From NCBI GenBank assembly GCA_049294075.1, contig JBAQCK010000111.1, positions 2,946 through 66,945 on the forward strand: a DNA stretch of 64,000 nucleotides, written 5' to 3'. Under the pieces are notes generated by a model, which made no database searches, was not told where the DNA came from, and saw only the letters and a list, made by a program, of their open reading frames with translations. The position numbers and the translations under genes were made by a program. Source of the stretch: Bacteroidales bacterium. GTDB taxonomy: Bacteria; Bacteroidota; Bacteroidia; Bacteroidales; VadinHA17. Positions 56,523 to 64,000 of this stretch are shown one piece after another. Each line of letters starts with the position of its first letter. The stretch's first letter is position 1.

Positions 56523-57272
56523 TTACCAGTTTTTTAGGGTTTTTACTCTCTGTTTTGCCGCCTTTGCTTCCTTTACTTTCTCCTGGACCTCTTTTTCATC
56601 ATTGGCAATCGCATTCAGAAGCCTTTCAGCATCTTCCCTCGACATCGACTGTTGCTGATCATTTGGTTGCTGTTGGTCCTGATTCTCATTTTCCTTCTGA
56701 TCATCTTTTTTATCCTGATCCTGATCCTGATTCTGCTCCTTGTTCTGGTCCTGATTCTGATCCTGATTTTGCTGGTTCTGCTGCTGCTGCTGTTGCTGCT
56801 GTTGCTCCTGTTCCTTCAGACGATCCTGTGCATAGGCCAGATTGTATTTGGCTTCTATATTTCCCGGATCAAGCCTGAGGGAGTTTTTATAAGCTTCGAT
56901 GCTTTCTTTCAGTTTGCCCGACTTCAGGAAAGAATTGCCAAGGTTGTACATGCTGCTTGCCTTCTTTTCCCTGTCCTCGTTCATCCTGTGGCTTTCAGTA
57001 AACTGTTTGCCGGCATCCTCATATTTCTCCTGCCTGTAAAGAGCATCCCCCGTATTGAAAACAGCATCAGCCGAACTCTTGTTCTTGTCAATAGCCCTCC
57101 GGTATGAAATCTCCGATTCAGAATACTTTTCCTTCTGAAATTCCTTGTTGCCCTGCCTTATGAACTTCCTCTCCCCCTGGGCAAAAAGCGATCCGCCGAA
57201 CCAGAGCAATGCCAGCAGAAGAGCAGCCACCGACTTATACCGCGATTCAATATTTCCGATCAGCTTCTGCAT
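56523..57272 (-). CDS. batC: BatC-like TPR protein with a Gln/Asn/Asp-rich low-complexity tail
   Basis: The track ORF runs to 57311. A start at 57272 (MQKLIGN) avoids overlap with batB. TPR helices YSESEISYRRAI, YEDAGKQFTES, YNLGNSFLKSGK. Tail: EQEQQQQQQQQNQQNQDQNQDQNKEQNQDQDQD. Confidence 0.7.
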   Translation of the reverse strand: MQKLIGNIESRYKSVAALLLALLWFGGSLFAQGERKFIRQGNKEFQKEKYSESEISYRRAIDKNKSSADAVFNTGDALYRQEKYEDAGKQFTESHRMNEDREKKASSMYNLGNSFLKSGKLKESIEAYKNSLRLDPGNIEAKYNLAYAQDRLKEQEQQQQQQQQQNQQNQDQNQDQNKEQNQDQDQDKKDDQKENENQDQQQPNDQQQSMSREDAERLLNAIANDEKEVQEKVKEAKAAKQRVKTLKNW

Positions 57273-57282
57273 AGTCCACCTG

Positions 57283-58323
57283 TTATATTTTAAACCTGAA
57301 CAATCTGACATTCTGAAGTTTTCTGTTCTTTCTTTCCATAATAATGATCTCGATCACGAGCAATATCAGGGCTATGGCGGCAAAAATCTGAAACTGGTCA
57401 TTGTATTCCGTGTAAACAGAACTTTCAAGCTCACTCTGATCCATCTTTCTTATATCACTGAATATCTCGTCAAGCCCAATGCTGGAACTGCTTGCCCTTA
57501 TGTAATTACCTCCTCCGGTGACAGCGATTTTTTTAAGTATCTCCTCGTCGAGCCTGGTGATCACTGTAGTTCCGTCCTGGTCCTTAAGATAGTCTTTTCT
57601 TCCTCCGGTTGAAACCGGGATAGGAACTCCCTCACTTGATCCGATTCCTATTGTATGGATCACTATACCTGCTTTTGCTGCTTCTTCAGCTTCCGCAAGT
57701 GGTTCATCCTCATGATTTTCACCGTCCGTAATAATTATAATCGCCCTGCTTTTTCCCTCGCCGGGGGTGAATGATCTGGCAGCCAGCCTTATCGCTGCAC
57801 CTATTGCTGTTCCCTGTTTTGGTACCATGTCGGGACCAATTGTAGAGAGAAACATTTTGGCAGAAATATAATCAGTGGTGATGGGTATCTGAGTATAGGC
57901 ATCGCCGGCAAAAACTATCAGGCCAATCTTGTCGTTACTCAGGTTGTCAACAAGCCTCGAAATGGCCTGCTTGGCCCTTGTGAGCCTGTCGGGCTGAATA
58001 TCTTCCGCGAGCATTGAATTGCTTACATCGAGTGCAATTATCACTTCTACACCCTGCTTTCTGACTTCCTCAAGCTTAGAACCGTATTGCGGCCGTGCAA
58101 GTACGATAATAACTGCTGAAATGCCCGCCAGCAGTAAAATGAACTTTAAAACGGGCCGGGTTCCCGATAATTCAGGCATAAGCCTTGATATCAGTGCATT
58201 ATCGCCAAGTTTTCTTATTGCATTTCTGCTTCGCACCCGGCTGACAATAAACAATCCGGCCAGAACCGGCAGGATAAGCAGGAGGTAAAGGAATTCCGGA
58301 TTAGCGAATCTGAACAGCTGCAT
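57283..58323 (-). CDS. batB: BatB-like von Willebrand factor A domain membrane protein
   Basis: 346 aa. N-terminal TM, MIDAS IALDVSNSM, IIITDGENHED, C-terminal TM. Confidence 0.8.
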   Translation of the reverse strand: MQLFRFANPEFLYLLLILPVLAGLFIVSRVRSRNAIRKLGDNALISRLMPELSGTRPVLKFILLLAGISAVIIVLARPQYGSKLEEVRKQGVEVIIALDVSNSMLAEDIQPDRLTRAKQAISRLVDNLSNDKIGLIVFAGDAYTQIPITTDYISAKMFLSTIGPDMVPKQGTAIGAAIRLAARSFTPGEGKSRAIIIITDGENHEDEPLAEAEEAAKAGIVIHTIGIGSSEGVPIPVSTGGRKDYLKDQDGTTVITRLDEEILKKIAVTGGGNYIRASSSSIGLDEIFSDIRKMDQSELESSVYTEYNDQFQIFAAIALILLVIEIIIMERKNRKLQNVRLFRFKI

Positions 58324-58334
58324 TACATCTCAGT

Positions 58335-59327
58335 TTATATCAGTTTCCTTAATATGGTGAATCTCAAAAGCAATTCTATAGCAAGGAGACTGAAGGCTAT
58401 AATTGCAAGGGGAAGATACTCTTCCTCCTTCTTCGTGAATTGCCTGACATCAATCTTCGATTTCTCAAGCTTGTCAATTTCCGAATAAACCTCGACCAGC
58501 TTGTTATTATCGGTAGCTCTGAAATACCTTCCTCCGGTATTCGCGGCAATATCCTTCAGAATATCCTCATCTATCTCAACGGGCATATTCTGATACTGTG
58601 TGCCGAAGGGTGTCTGCACCGGATATGGGGCCATTCCCCTGCTTCCTACACCTATTGTGTAAACCCTGATGCCGAAGGTTTTCGCGATCCCCGCCGCTGT
58701 TGCAGGTGCAACCTCTCCCCTGTTGTTTATCCCATCGGTGAGCAGGATTATCACCTTGCTCTTTGCTTCCGAATCCTTGATCCTTGTAACGGCGTTGGCC
58801 AGACCCATTCCGATTGCGGTTCCGTCTTCTATCATGCCGCTCTCTATCTCTCTCAGCAGGTTGATCAGGACAGCATGATCGGTCGTGAGCGGGCACTGTG
58901 TGAATGTTTCACCGCTGAACACCACCAGTCCTATCCTGTCGTAGGGCCTCCCCGAAATAAACTCTGTCGCCACATTTTTTGAAGCTTCCAGCCTGTTCGG
59001 ACGGAAATCACGCGCAAGCATGCTTCCTGAAATATCGAGAGCAAGGATGATGTCAATCCCTTCTGTGGAGACATCCCGGAACCTGTCGGTCGACTGAGGC
59101 CTTGCAAGTACAATTATGAGAAGTGAAATGGCAATCATCCTGAGTGCAAAAAGTATATGCCGCAGATAATTCCTGAAAGTTTTAACCGGCGCCTGAAGCG
59201 GTTCGAGTCCGGGCATCCTTATTGAAGCAAAGGCCTTTTGCTGTTTCAGAATATAAAACGCGACTATAGCCGGAACCAGAAGCAGAAGATAAAGAAAACC
59301 GGGATCAGCAAAGTTTATCCTGCTCAT
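58335..59327 (-). CDS. batA: BatA-like von Willebrand factor A domain membrane protein
   Basis: 330 aa. N-terminal TMs, MIDAS LALDISGSM, ILLTDGINN, C-terminal TM. Confidence 0.8.
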   Translation of the reverse strand: MSRINFADPGFLYLLLLVPAIVAFYILKQQKAFASIRMPGLEPLQAPVKTFRNYLRHILFALRMIAISLLIIVLARPQSTDRFRDVSTEGIDIILALDISGSMLARDFRPNRLEASKNVATEFISGRPYDRIGLVVFSGETFTQCPLTTDHAVLINLLREIESGMIEDGTAIGMGLANAVTRIKDSEAKSKVIILLTDGINNRGEVAPATAAGIAKTFGIRVYTIGVGSRGMAPYPVQTPFGTQYQNMPVEIDEDILKDIAANTGGRYFRATDNNKLVEVYSEIDKLEKSKIDVRQFTKKEEEYLPLAIIAFSLLAIELLLRFTILRKLI

Positions 59328-60313
59328 GATTCTTTCCCCCCCTGATTTTGGCTGGAATCTGTCCTGGCTTCCTCCTGCACCATGAGTCTGGTAGCTTCAA
59401 CAAATTCCCATGATTCGCTAAAAACCGTGTCGTTTTCAACCGGATCCGGTTTGTATTTGGCAAATTTCACAAGATCGGCCTGATTAAGCACCGACCTGAG
59501 CCTGTTATATGATTCATTCTTTTTGAAACCTGTCTTCACAAGAGCATCAAGTGTCTCTGATGTCGTCATTTCCAGCGAGTTGACACTATATCTGTTTTCA
59601 AGATACTGACGTATGATCTCAGTCAGCCGTATGTAATACTTCTTTGTATCCCCCTTCTGCCAGAGCTGCTCATCTCTGAGCAAAGAGAGCTCCCTGAATG
59701 CAATGACGTGAGCAGGTTCAGTAACAACGGGCTTCGTTTCCTCCTTCTTCTCCTTTTTGAGACGCCTGATGAGCTTTAATATAAGCCATGCCAACAAAAT
59801 AACAATAAGGCCAAGCAATGCCCACGGCAAGACTTCTCCTGCAGTCAGGGGAGCCCTGTAGGGACCGGCAATATCAAATATTTCCGCTGAGTCGGGCGGA
59901 GTGATCCGTGCCCTTGCCACCTCAAGAACGGAATAATCGGAGAAAAATCGTTTTATGCCATCGGGACCTGCTATTTCGGCGTAGACCGGATCGACCCGGT
60001 GATATCCCGAATCAAAGGATGTGACAAGATATTTCTCAACGATCCTTATCCTGTCGCTGCCAAGTGCTAATGTATCACTTTGCGGTCCGGCAAGAATCTC
60101 AATCTTTCCGGATAAGGTATCCTTTAAAACCGGAAGGGCCAGCCTGATACCGGAAGGCTGATCGATATTTACGGTGAAATTTACCTGGTCACCGATAAGA
60201 ATCCTTGTCGAATCAAAGGCTGCAGTAACGGATACATCCTGTCCTTTCATCTCTGACTGAAAAATCAGAACGAAGCAAAATGCCAGTAATGCCGTTGCCT
60301 TTGTTAGTTTCAT
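59324..60313 (-). CDS. Hypothetical membrane protein of the Bat operon
   Basis: 329 aa. Signal peptide, a central TM WALLGLIVILLAWLILKLI followed by RRLKKEKKEE. 4-nt overlaps with both neighbours. Confidence 0.5.
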   Translation of the reverse strand: MKLTKATALLAFCFVLIFQSEMKGQDVSVTAAFDSTRILIGDQVNFTVNIDQPSGIRLALPVLKDTLSGKIEILAGPQSDTLALGSDRIRIVEKYLVTSFDSGYHRVDPVYAEIAGPDGIKRFFSDYSVLEVARARITPPDSAEIFDIAGPYRAPLTAGEVLPWALLGLIVILLAWLILKLIRRLKKEKKEETKPVVTEPAHVIAFRELSLLRDEQLWQKGDTKKYYIRLTEIIRQYLENRYSVNSLEMTTSETLDALVKTGFKKNESYNRLRSVLNQADLVKFAKYKPDPVENDTVFSESWEFVEATRLMVQEEARTDSSQNQGGKES

Positions 60314-61173
60314 CTGCTTTTAAAAAGTTTGATGAGCGGTTTCACATAGTCTTCGCCAGTACTGAGTTCAGTAAAATCAACAGCGCATTTTTTCATCATG
60401 TTGCTCAAAGCGTCAGCATGACGCGAATGCCAGTCGGAATAAACCTTTCTCAAATATTTCGAAGATGTGTCGATCCACTTTTCTGCTCCTGTTTCAGAAT
60501 CAAGAACTTTCATGAGTCCTACATCGGGAATCGCCTTTTCGAGCGGATCTGTTACCCTGAGGGCAACTATGTCGTGCTTGCTTGATGCAATCCTGAGAGC
60601 CTCTTCAAAGTCAGGAGCCAGGAAATCGGATATAACAAAGGCAGTGCATCTTTTCCTTATCGCATTTGTGAGAAATCTGAGAGGTTCACTGAGACTTGTC
60701 CTGTGGCTTTGAGGACTAAAATCGAGCAGTTCCCTTATTATCCTCAGAATATGTTTCCTTCCCTTCAGCGGAGGAATGAATTTTTCAACCTTGTCGGTGA
60801 AAAAGATCACCCCGATCTTGTCGTTATTGTAAATGGCCGAAAATGAGAGTACCGCCGCGACCTCAGTCATTATATCACGCTTGAAGCTTACTTTCGATCC
60901 AAAGTCACCCGATCCGCTTACATCGATGAGTAGCATAACGGTAAGCTCCCTTTCCTCTTCATATACCTTTATCCATGGATGGTTGAACCTGGCAGTCACG
61001 TTCCAGTCAATGCTGCGGATGTCATCGCCGTACTGGTATTCCCTGACCTCACTGAAGGCAATACCCCTTCCCTTGAAAGCACTGTGGTACTCACCCGCAA
61101 AAATATGCCTGGTAAGACCACGTGTCTTTATTTCAATCCTTCGTACTTTCTTTAAAAGCTCAACTGCTTCCAT
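60310..61173 (-). CDS. DUF58-family protein (MoxR-associated)
   Basis: 287 aa. GEYHSAFKGRGIAFSEVREYQYGDDIRSIDWNVTAR...LLIDVSGS is typical of DUF58. Lies downstream of MoxR. Confidence 0.85.
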   Translation of the reverse strand: MEAVELLKKVRRIEIKTRGLTRHIFAGEYHSAFKGRGIAFSEVREYQYGDDIRSIDWNVTARFNHPWIKVYEEERELTVMLLIDVSGSGDFGSKVSFKRDIMTEVAAVLSFSAIYNNDKIGVIFFTDKVEKFIPPLKGRKHILRIIRELLDFSPQSHRTSLSEPLRFLTNAIRKRCTAFVISDFLAPDFEEALRIASSKHDIVALRVTDPLEKAIPDVGLMKVLDSETGAEKWIDTSSKYLRKVYSDWHSRHADALSNMMKKCAVDFTELSTGEDYVKPLIKLFKSR

Positions 61174-61186
61174 CTATTGTGTCTGG

Positions 61187-61328
61187 TTCCTTGTTCCTTG
61201 TTCCTTGTTCCTGGTTTGCGGTGCGCGGCGTGCGGTTCGCGGAGAGTAGACTTTCTCGCTTTACTGCCAACCGCCAACCGCCAAATTGTACCCTTCTTTC
61301 TTCTGTCTTCTGTCTTCCGTCTTCGGTC
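61187..61328. repeat. Four consecutive blocks of heptanucleotide tandem repeats inside the moxR-DUF58 spacer
   Basis: Read directly. Block 1: TTCCTTG x3 + TTCCTGG (61187-61214). Block 2: TGCGGTG CGCGGCG TGCGGTT CGCGGAG (61217-61244). Block 3: GCCAACC x2 + GCCAAAT (61266-61286). Block 4: TTCTTTC TTCTGTC TTCTGTC TTCCGTC TTCGGTC (61294-61328). Confidence 0.9.
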
Positions 61329-61330
61329 TA

Positions 61331-62326
61331 CTATGGTACCTCCACTACATTCAGTATCTCTGCAATTATCTTGTCCTGCGTAACATTCTCGGCTTCCGCC
61401 TCATATGTAAGACCAATCCGGTGTCTCATCACATCGGCGCACACTGTTCTGACATCCTCCGGTATGACATAACCCCTTCTGCGGATGAAGGCGAAAGCCT
61501 TGGAGGCCAGCGACAGATATATTGATGCACGGGGAGATGCGCCATAGGATATCATGTTTTTGAAAGCCGGAAGCCCGAATTTCTCAGGGTTACGGCTGGC
61601 AAAAACGATGCTGAGTATATAGTTTTCTATCTTTTCATCCATGTAGACTTCCCTGACAACGTTTCTTGCCCTGAGAATGTCGTCGGTCTTCAGAACGGAA
61701 TTTGCCTTCGGGAACTCTTTAGCCAGATTTTCCCTCACAATCAGCTTTTCTTCCTCCATGGTGGGATAGTCAATGAGCACTTTAAGCATGAACCTGTCGA
61801 CCTGTGCTTCCGGAAGTGGATATGTACCCTCCTGTTCTATAGGGTTTTGTGTTGCAAGAACCAGGAAAGGCTCTTCGAGCTTATATGTCGATTCGCCTAT
61901 TGTAACCTGCCTTTCCTGCATTGCTTCAAGAAGAGCGCTCTGAACCTTTGCAGGCGAGCGGTTGATTTCATCGGCAAGAATGAAATTCGCGAAGATCGGA
62001 CCCTTCTTGACAAGGAATTCTTCTTTTTTCTGACTGTAGATCATCGTTCCGGTAAGGTCGGCAGGAAGAAGATCGGGCGTGAACTGGATCCTTGCAAATC
62101 TGGCATCAATTATTGATGCCAGCGATTTTATGGCAAGGGTCTTTGCCAGCCCCGGCACACCTTCAAGAAGGATGTGCCCATTTGCCAGAAGCCCTATCAT
62201 AAGAGAATCGGTGAGATGCTTCTGGCCCACAATAACCTTGTTCATCTCCATTCTTATGATATCAACAAAAGAGCTTTCTTTCTCTATTTTTTCATTCAGG
62301 ATCCTGATATCGGCTGTTTGCTCCAT
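61331..62326 (-). CDS. MoxR-family AAA+ ATPase
   Basis: The track ORF runs to 62347. I prefer the start at 62326 (MEQTADIR) because a TAnnTTTG box overlaps the longer start. Walker A GVPGLAKT, Walker B ILADEINR. Confidence 0.9.
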   Translation of the reverse strand: MEQTADIRILNEKIEKESSFVDIIRMEMNKVIVGQKHLTDSLMIGLLANGHILLEGVPGLAKTLAIKSLASIIDARFARIQFTPDLLPADLTGTMIYSQKKEEFLVKKGPIFANFILADEINRSPAKVQSALLEAMQERQVTIGESTYKLEEPFLVLATQNPIEQEGTYPLPEAQVDRFMLKVLIDYPTMEEEKLIVRENLAKEFPKANSVLKTDDILRARNVVREVYMDEKIENYILSIVFASRNPEKFGLPAFKNMISYGASPRASIYLSLASKAFAFIRRRGYVIPEDVRTVCADVMRHRIGLTYEAEAENVTQDKIIAEILNVVEVP

Positions 62327-62344
62327 TTTCTTTATTTTAAGTCG

Positions 62345-62352
62345 CAAATTTA
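62345..62352 (-). promoter_or_regulatory. Candidate -7 promoter box (TAAATTTG on the minus strand) for the moxR-bat operon
   Basis: The plus strand reads CAAATTTA, the reverse complement of TAnnTTTG. It lies 19 nt upstream of the ATG at 62326. Confidence 0.4.
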
Positions 62353-62445
62353 ATTAAATAAGAATGACGCAGAACCTCGAAAAAACGGCCTGCTTTTCCT
62401 GACGCAAAGGAAGACTTCAGAATGATAACAAGGCGTTAAAGAGTG

Positions 62446-63633
62446 TTAAAGTTGTGTTAAATAAGGTATTGTAAGGGGGTTCCAGGAAAACTCCGAACGG
62501 ACGGCGCTTCTCACTATCAGAATCCCGATCAGCGGCACGAATGAATTGTTTATATCCTGGGGAAGAAAAACCAGGAAGACCAGAAATCCAACCGAAAGAA
62601 AAAATACTATCCTGAACCATATCCTCCAGTCTTTTTTAAGCACAAGGCTCAACAGGCAGAGAATGACAAACGGACTCAACCAGATGATGTTGAGATTGTT
62701 TTTCAGCTGCTGATGATCGGTGAAAAGGTTGAAGAAGATCATCAGAACCGAGAGAATCGAAAATATCGAGAATATTACTATGTCGATTATGTTGTTTGCC
62801 TTCTTTCCCCTGAAATATCCGGTCAGCCCGATACATATAATGAGCAGCAGACCAAAGATGAAAAAGGGACCAGTCATCATGTTTGTTTTAACTACCGGAG
62901 GTTCAAAATCAAGCACAAGAGCAGGATTTGCAAGAAGAGGGATCATCTTGCCTTCCCTTCTGATGTTGGTTTGCGACAACCCGTCCTTCATTTCAACAGG
63001 CAGGAACATCCTGTCGCGGAATGAAGCTTTCTTATCTCCCCCGGTCCCTATCAGCAGGTCAATGCCTGCTCTTCTCCAGACATATCCCTTTTCATATTTG
63101 CTTATCAGGTCGCGGAAGGTAGAAAGCTCATTTGTAATCAGATCGGGCGGATAGTCAAGGTCGTCCCCCACTGATTTCTCGATCAGATCCCTTATCCTGG
63201 TGGAGCAGTCGTCATAGAAGAAATCATACCTGTAGCTGATATTCTCCGGCTTCAGATTTTCTTCCAGAAGCATAAAAAGCTTCGCGGTTTGGGCAGAATC
63301 GAGGTTAAACTTCTGGGAAACAACCCACCTTTTTTCCAGGTAGTAATCACTCAGAAAGCTGTCATAGGAACTGACACCAAGATAGTAATCGAGGCTTCCC
63401 CTTACAAAACGCCATGCAAAATTCGGTGTGCTGAAATCGAAAATTCCCCAGTTGTATACAGTGTCACTGTTCTTTTCGGGTATGACTACCCTCAGGGCGC
63501 TGTGACCGTATACAGAATAAATTTCCGTACCGGGCCCGCATGTCAGAAGGTACACTTCAGCCTTTGCAACTTCCTGTGAATTTGCAGCCACCGGAAGAAA
63601 CGCTAAGAGTATTGACAGGTAAAGGAGTTTCAT
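62446..63633 (-). CDS. DUF4105-like (Lnb N-terminal domain) protein with a polytopic membrane C-terminus
   Basis: 395 aa. Signal peptide, then VYLLTCGPGTEIYSVYGHSALRV as in DUF4105. The C-terminal half has about 5 TM helices. Confidence 0.65.
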   Translation of the reverse strand: MKLLYLSILLAFLPVAANSQEVAKAEVYLLTCGPGTEIYSVYGHSALRVVIPEKNSDTVYNWGIFDFSTPNFAWRFVRGSLDYYLGVSSYDSFLSDYYLEKRWVVSQKFNLDSAQTAKLFMLLEENLKPENISYRYDFFYDDCSTRIRDLIEKSVGDDLDYPPDLITNELSTFRDLISKYEKGYVWRRAGIDLLIGTGGDKKASFRDRMFLPVEMKDGLSQTNIRREGKMIPLLANPALVLDFEPPVVKTNMMTGPFFIFGLLLIICIGLTGYFRGKKANNIIDIVIFSIFSILSVLMIFFNLFTDHQQLKNNLNIIWLSPFVILCLLSLVLKKDWRIWFRIVFFLSVGFLVFLVFLPQDINNSFVPLIGILIVRSAVRSEFSWNPLTIPYLTQL

Positions 63634-63818
63634 CGGAATAATAAATTATGATGTAAACCTAAGAGTTTTTTTCGAGAAACGGAAAAACAGTATGGATGAC
63701 AGGACCTGAGGATACCTTTGGAATATTCTTAACAGGAATTAAGGCAAATTCTGAAGTTTTCATTAGTTTTATGCCGGCTTTATTCTACAACTGAAATTAT
63801 ACTACAAACCCTTTAATC

Positions 63819-64000
63819 ATGAAGAAACTTAAGCTCACAGTCTTTGCTTTGATTGCCATCCTGTTAACTTCCTGCAACAACAAACCGGAAATGAAAATCA
63901 CCGATCTGCATGTTCACCTGAAAGGGAACCTGACAATCGATGATGCAGTTGCAAAATCCGCGGCTGAAAACATAGATTACGGAATTGCAGTAAACTGCGG
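63819..64000 (+). CDS. Partial lipoprotein gene (3' end beyond the window), possible metal-dependent hydrolase
   Basis: ATG at 63819. MKKLKLTVFALIAILLTSC is a lipobox-type signal. ITDLHVHLKG is an HxH-like motif. The frame is open to the window end. Confidence 0.4.
   Translation, partial: MKKLKLTVFALIAILLTSCNNKPEMKITDLHVHLKGNLTIDDAVAKSAAENIDYGIAVNC

Noticed and set aside
56477-57107. + strand ORFs (133 and 151 aa) with poly-Leu/Ile runs
   Set aside because: They mirror the Gln/Asn/Asp-rich low-complexity tail of the BatC-like gene (CTG/TTG repeats are the antisense of CAG/CAA). They are not independent genes. The low-complexity tail itself looks like ordinary codon-repeat expansion.
61187-61328. 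Possible CRISPR-like or minisatellite array
   Set aside because: The units are 7 nt with no spacers, and there are four different units. This is far too short for CRISPR. It is kept as an unexplained tandem-repeat spacer instead.
1-64000. Mobile element, prophage, defence island, CRISPR, tRNA or rRNA content
   Set aside because: I saw no transposase, integrase, recombinase, reverse transcriptase, nuclease/helicase defence-type ORFs, phage structural genes or cloverleaf-like tRNA sequences (no GTTCGAATC-type T-loops in intergenic DNA). No long direct repeats bound any segment.

Overview
This 64-kb window looks like part of an anaerobic Bacteroidota chromosome. Supporting signs are a T9SS C-terminal sorting domain, a complete Bat aerotolerance operon, a Ser-type sulfatase array with an anaerobic maturase, and TAnnTTTG-type promoter boxes. 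All calls come from reading the ORF translations and the DNA; no database search was possible.

Layout:
- 1-10.4 kb: an anSME gene facing five tandem sulfatase genes and a phosphotriesterase-family gene.
- 10.6-16.9 kb: a co-directional ferredoxin / radical SAM / DUF116-polyprenyl synthase / prenyltransferase-repeat / class II terpene cyclase cluster.
- 17.0-31.6 kb: five paralogous PQQ-like beta-propeller proteins. Four of them sit in a tightly coupled ten-gene operon with an NHL propeller, an untracked 59-aa Cys-rich ORF, a Tat-exported NapG-like ferredoxin, a NapH-like membrane polyferredoxin, a NuoE/NuoF-type NADH module and an all-FeS protein. This is my best candidate for an undescribed system.
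- 31.7-37.0 kb: a GT4 glycosyltransferase, a MacB/LolD-type ABC ATPase and a 1088-aa double FtsX permease.
- 37.1-44.7 kb: an L-rhamnose utilisation locus (kinase, rhaA, rhaM, rhaT, GH78).
- 44.8-46.8 kb: a shortened ArfB-like ORF and a T9SS cargo protein.
- 47.4-51.0 kb: KamA-type aminomutase, two Ddl-like ATP-grasp ligases and a GNAT.
- 51.1-53.9 kb: a CYTH gene, an unusual structured intergenic region, ung and a PLP enzyme.
- 53.9-62.3 kb: moxR-DUF58-batABCDE, with a striking heptanucleotide-repeat spacer.
- 62.4-64.0 kb: a DUF4105 gene and a partial lipoprotein gene.

I recognised no rRNA, tRNA, CRISPR array, transposase, integrase or phage gene.
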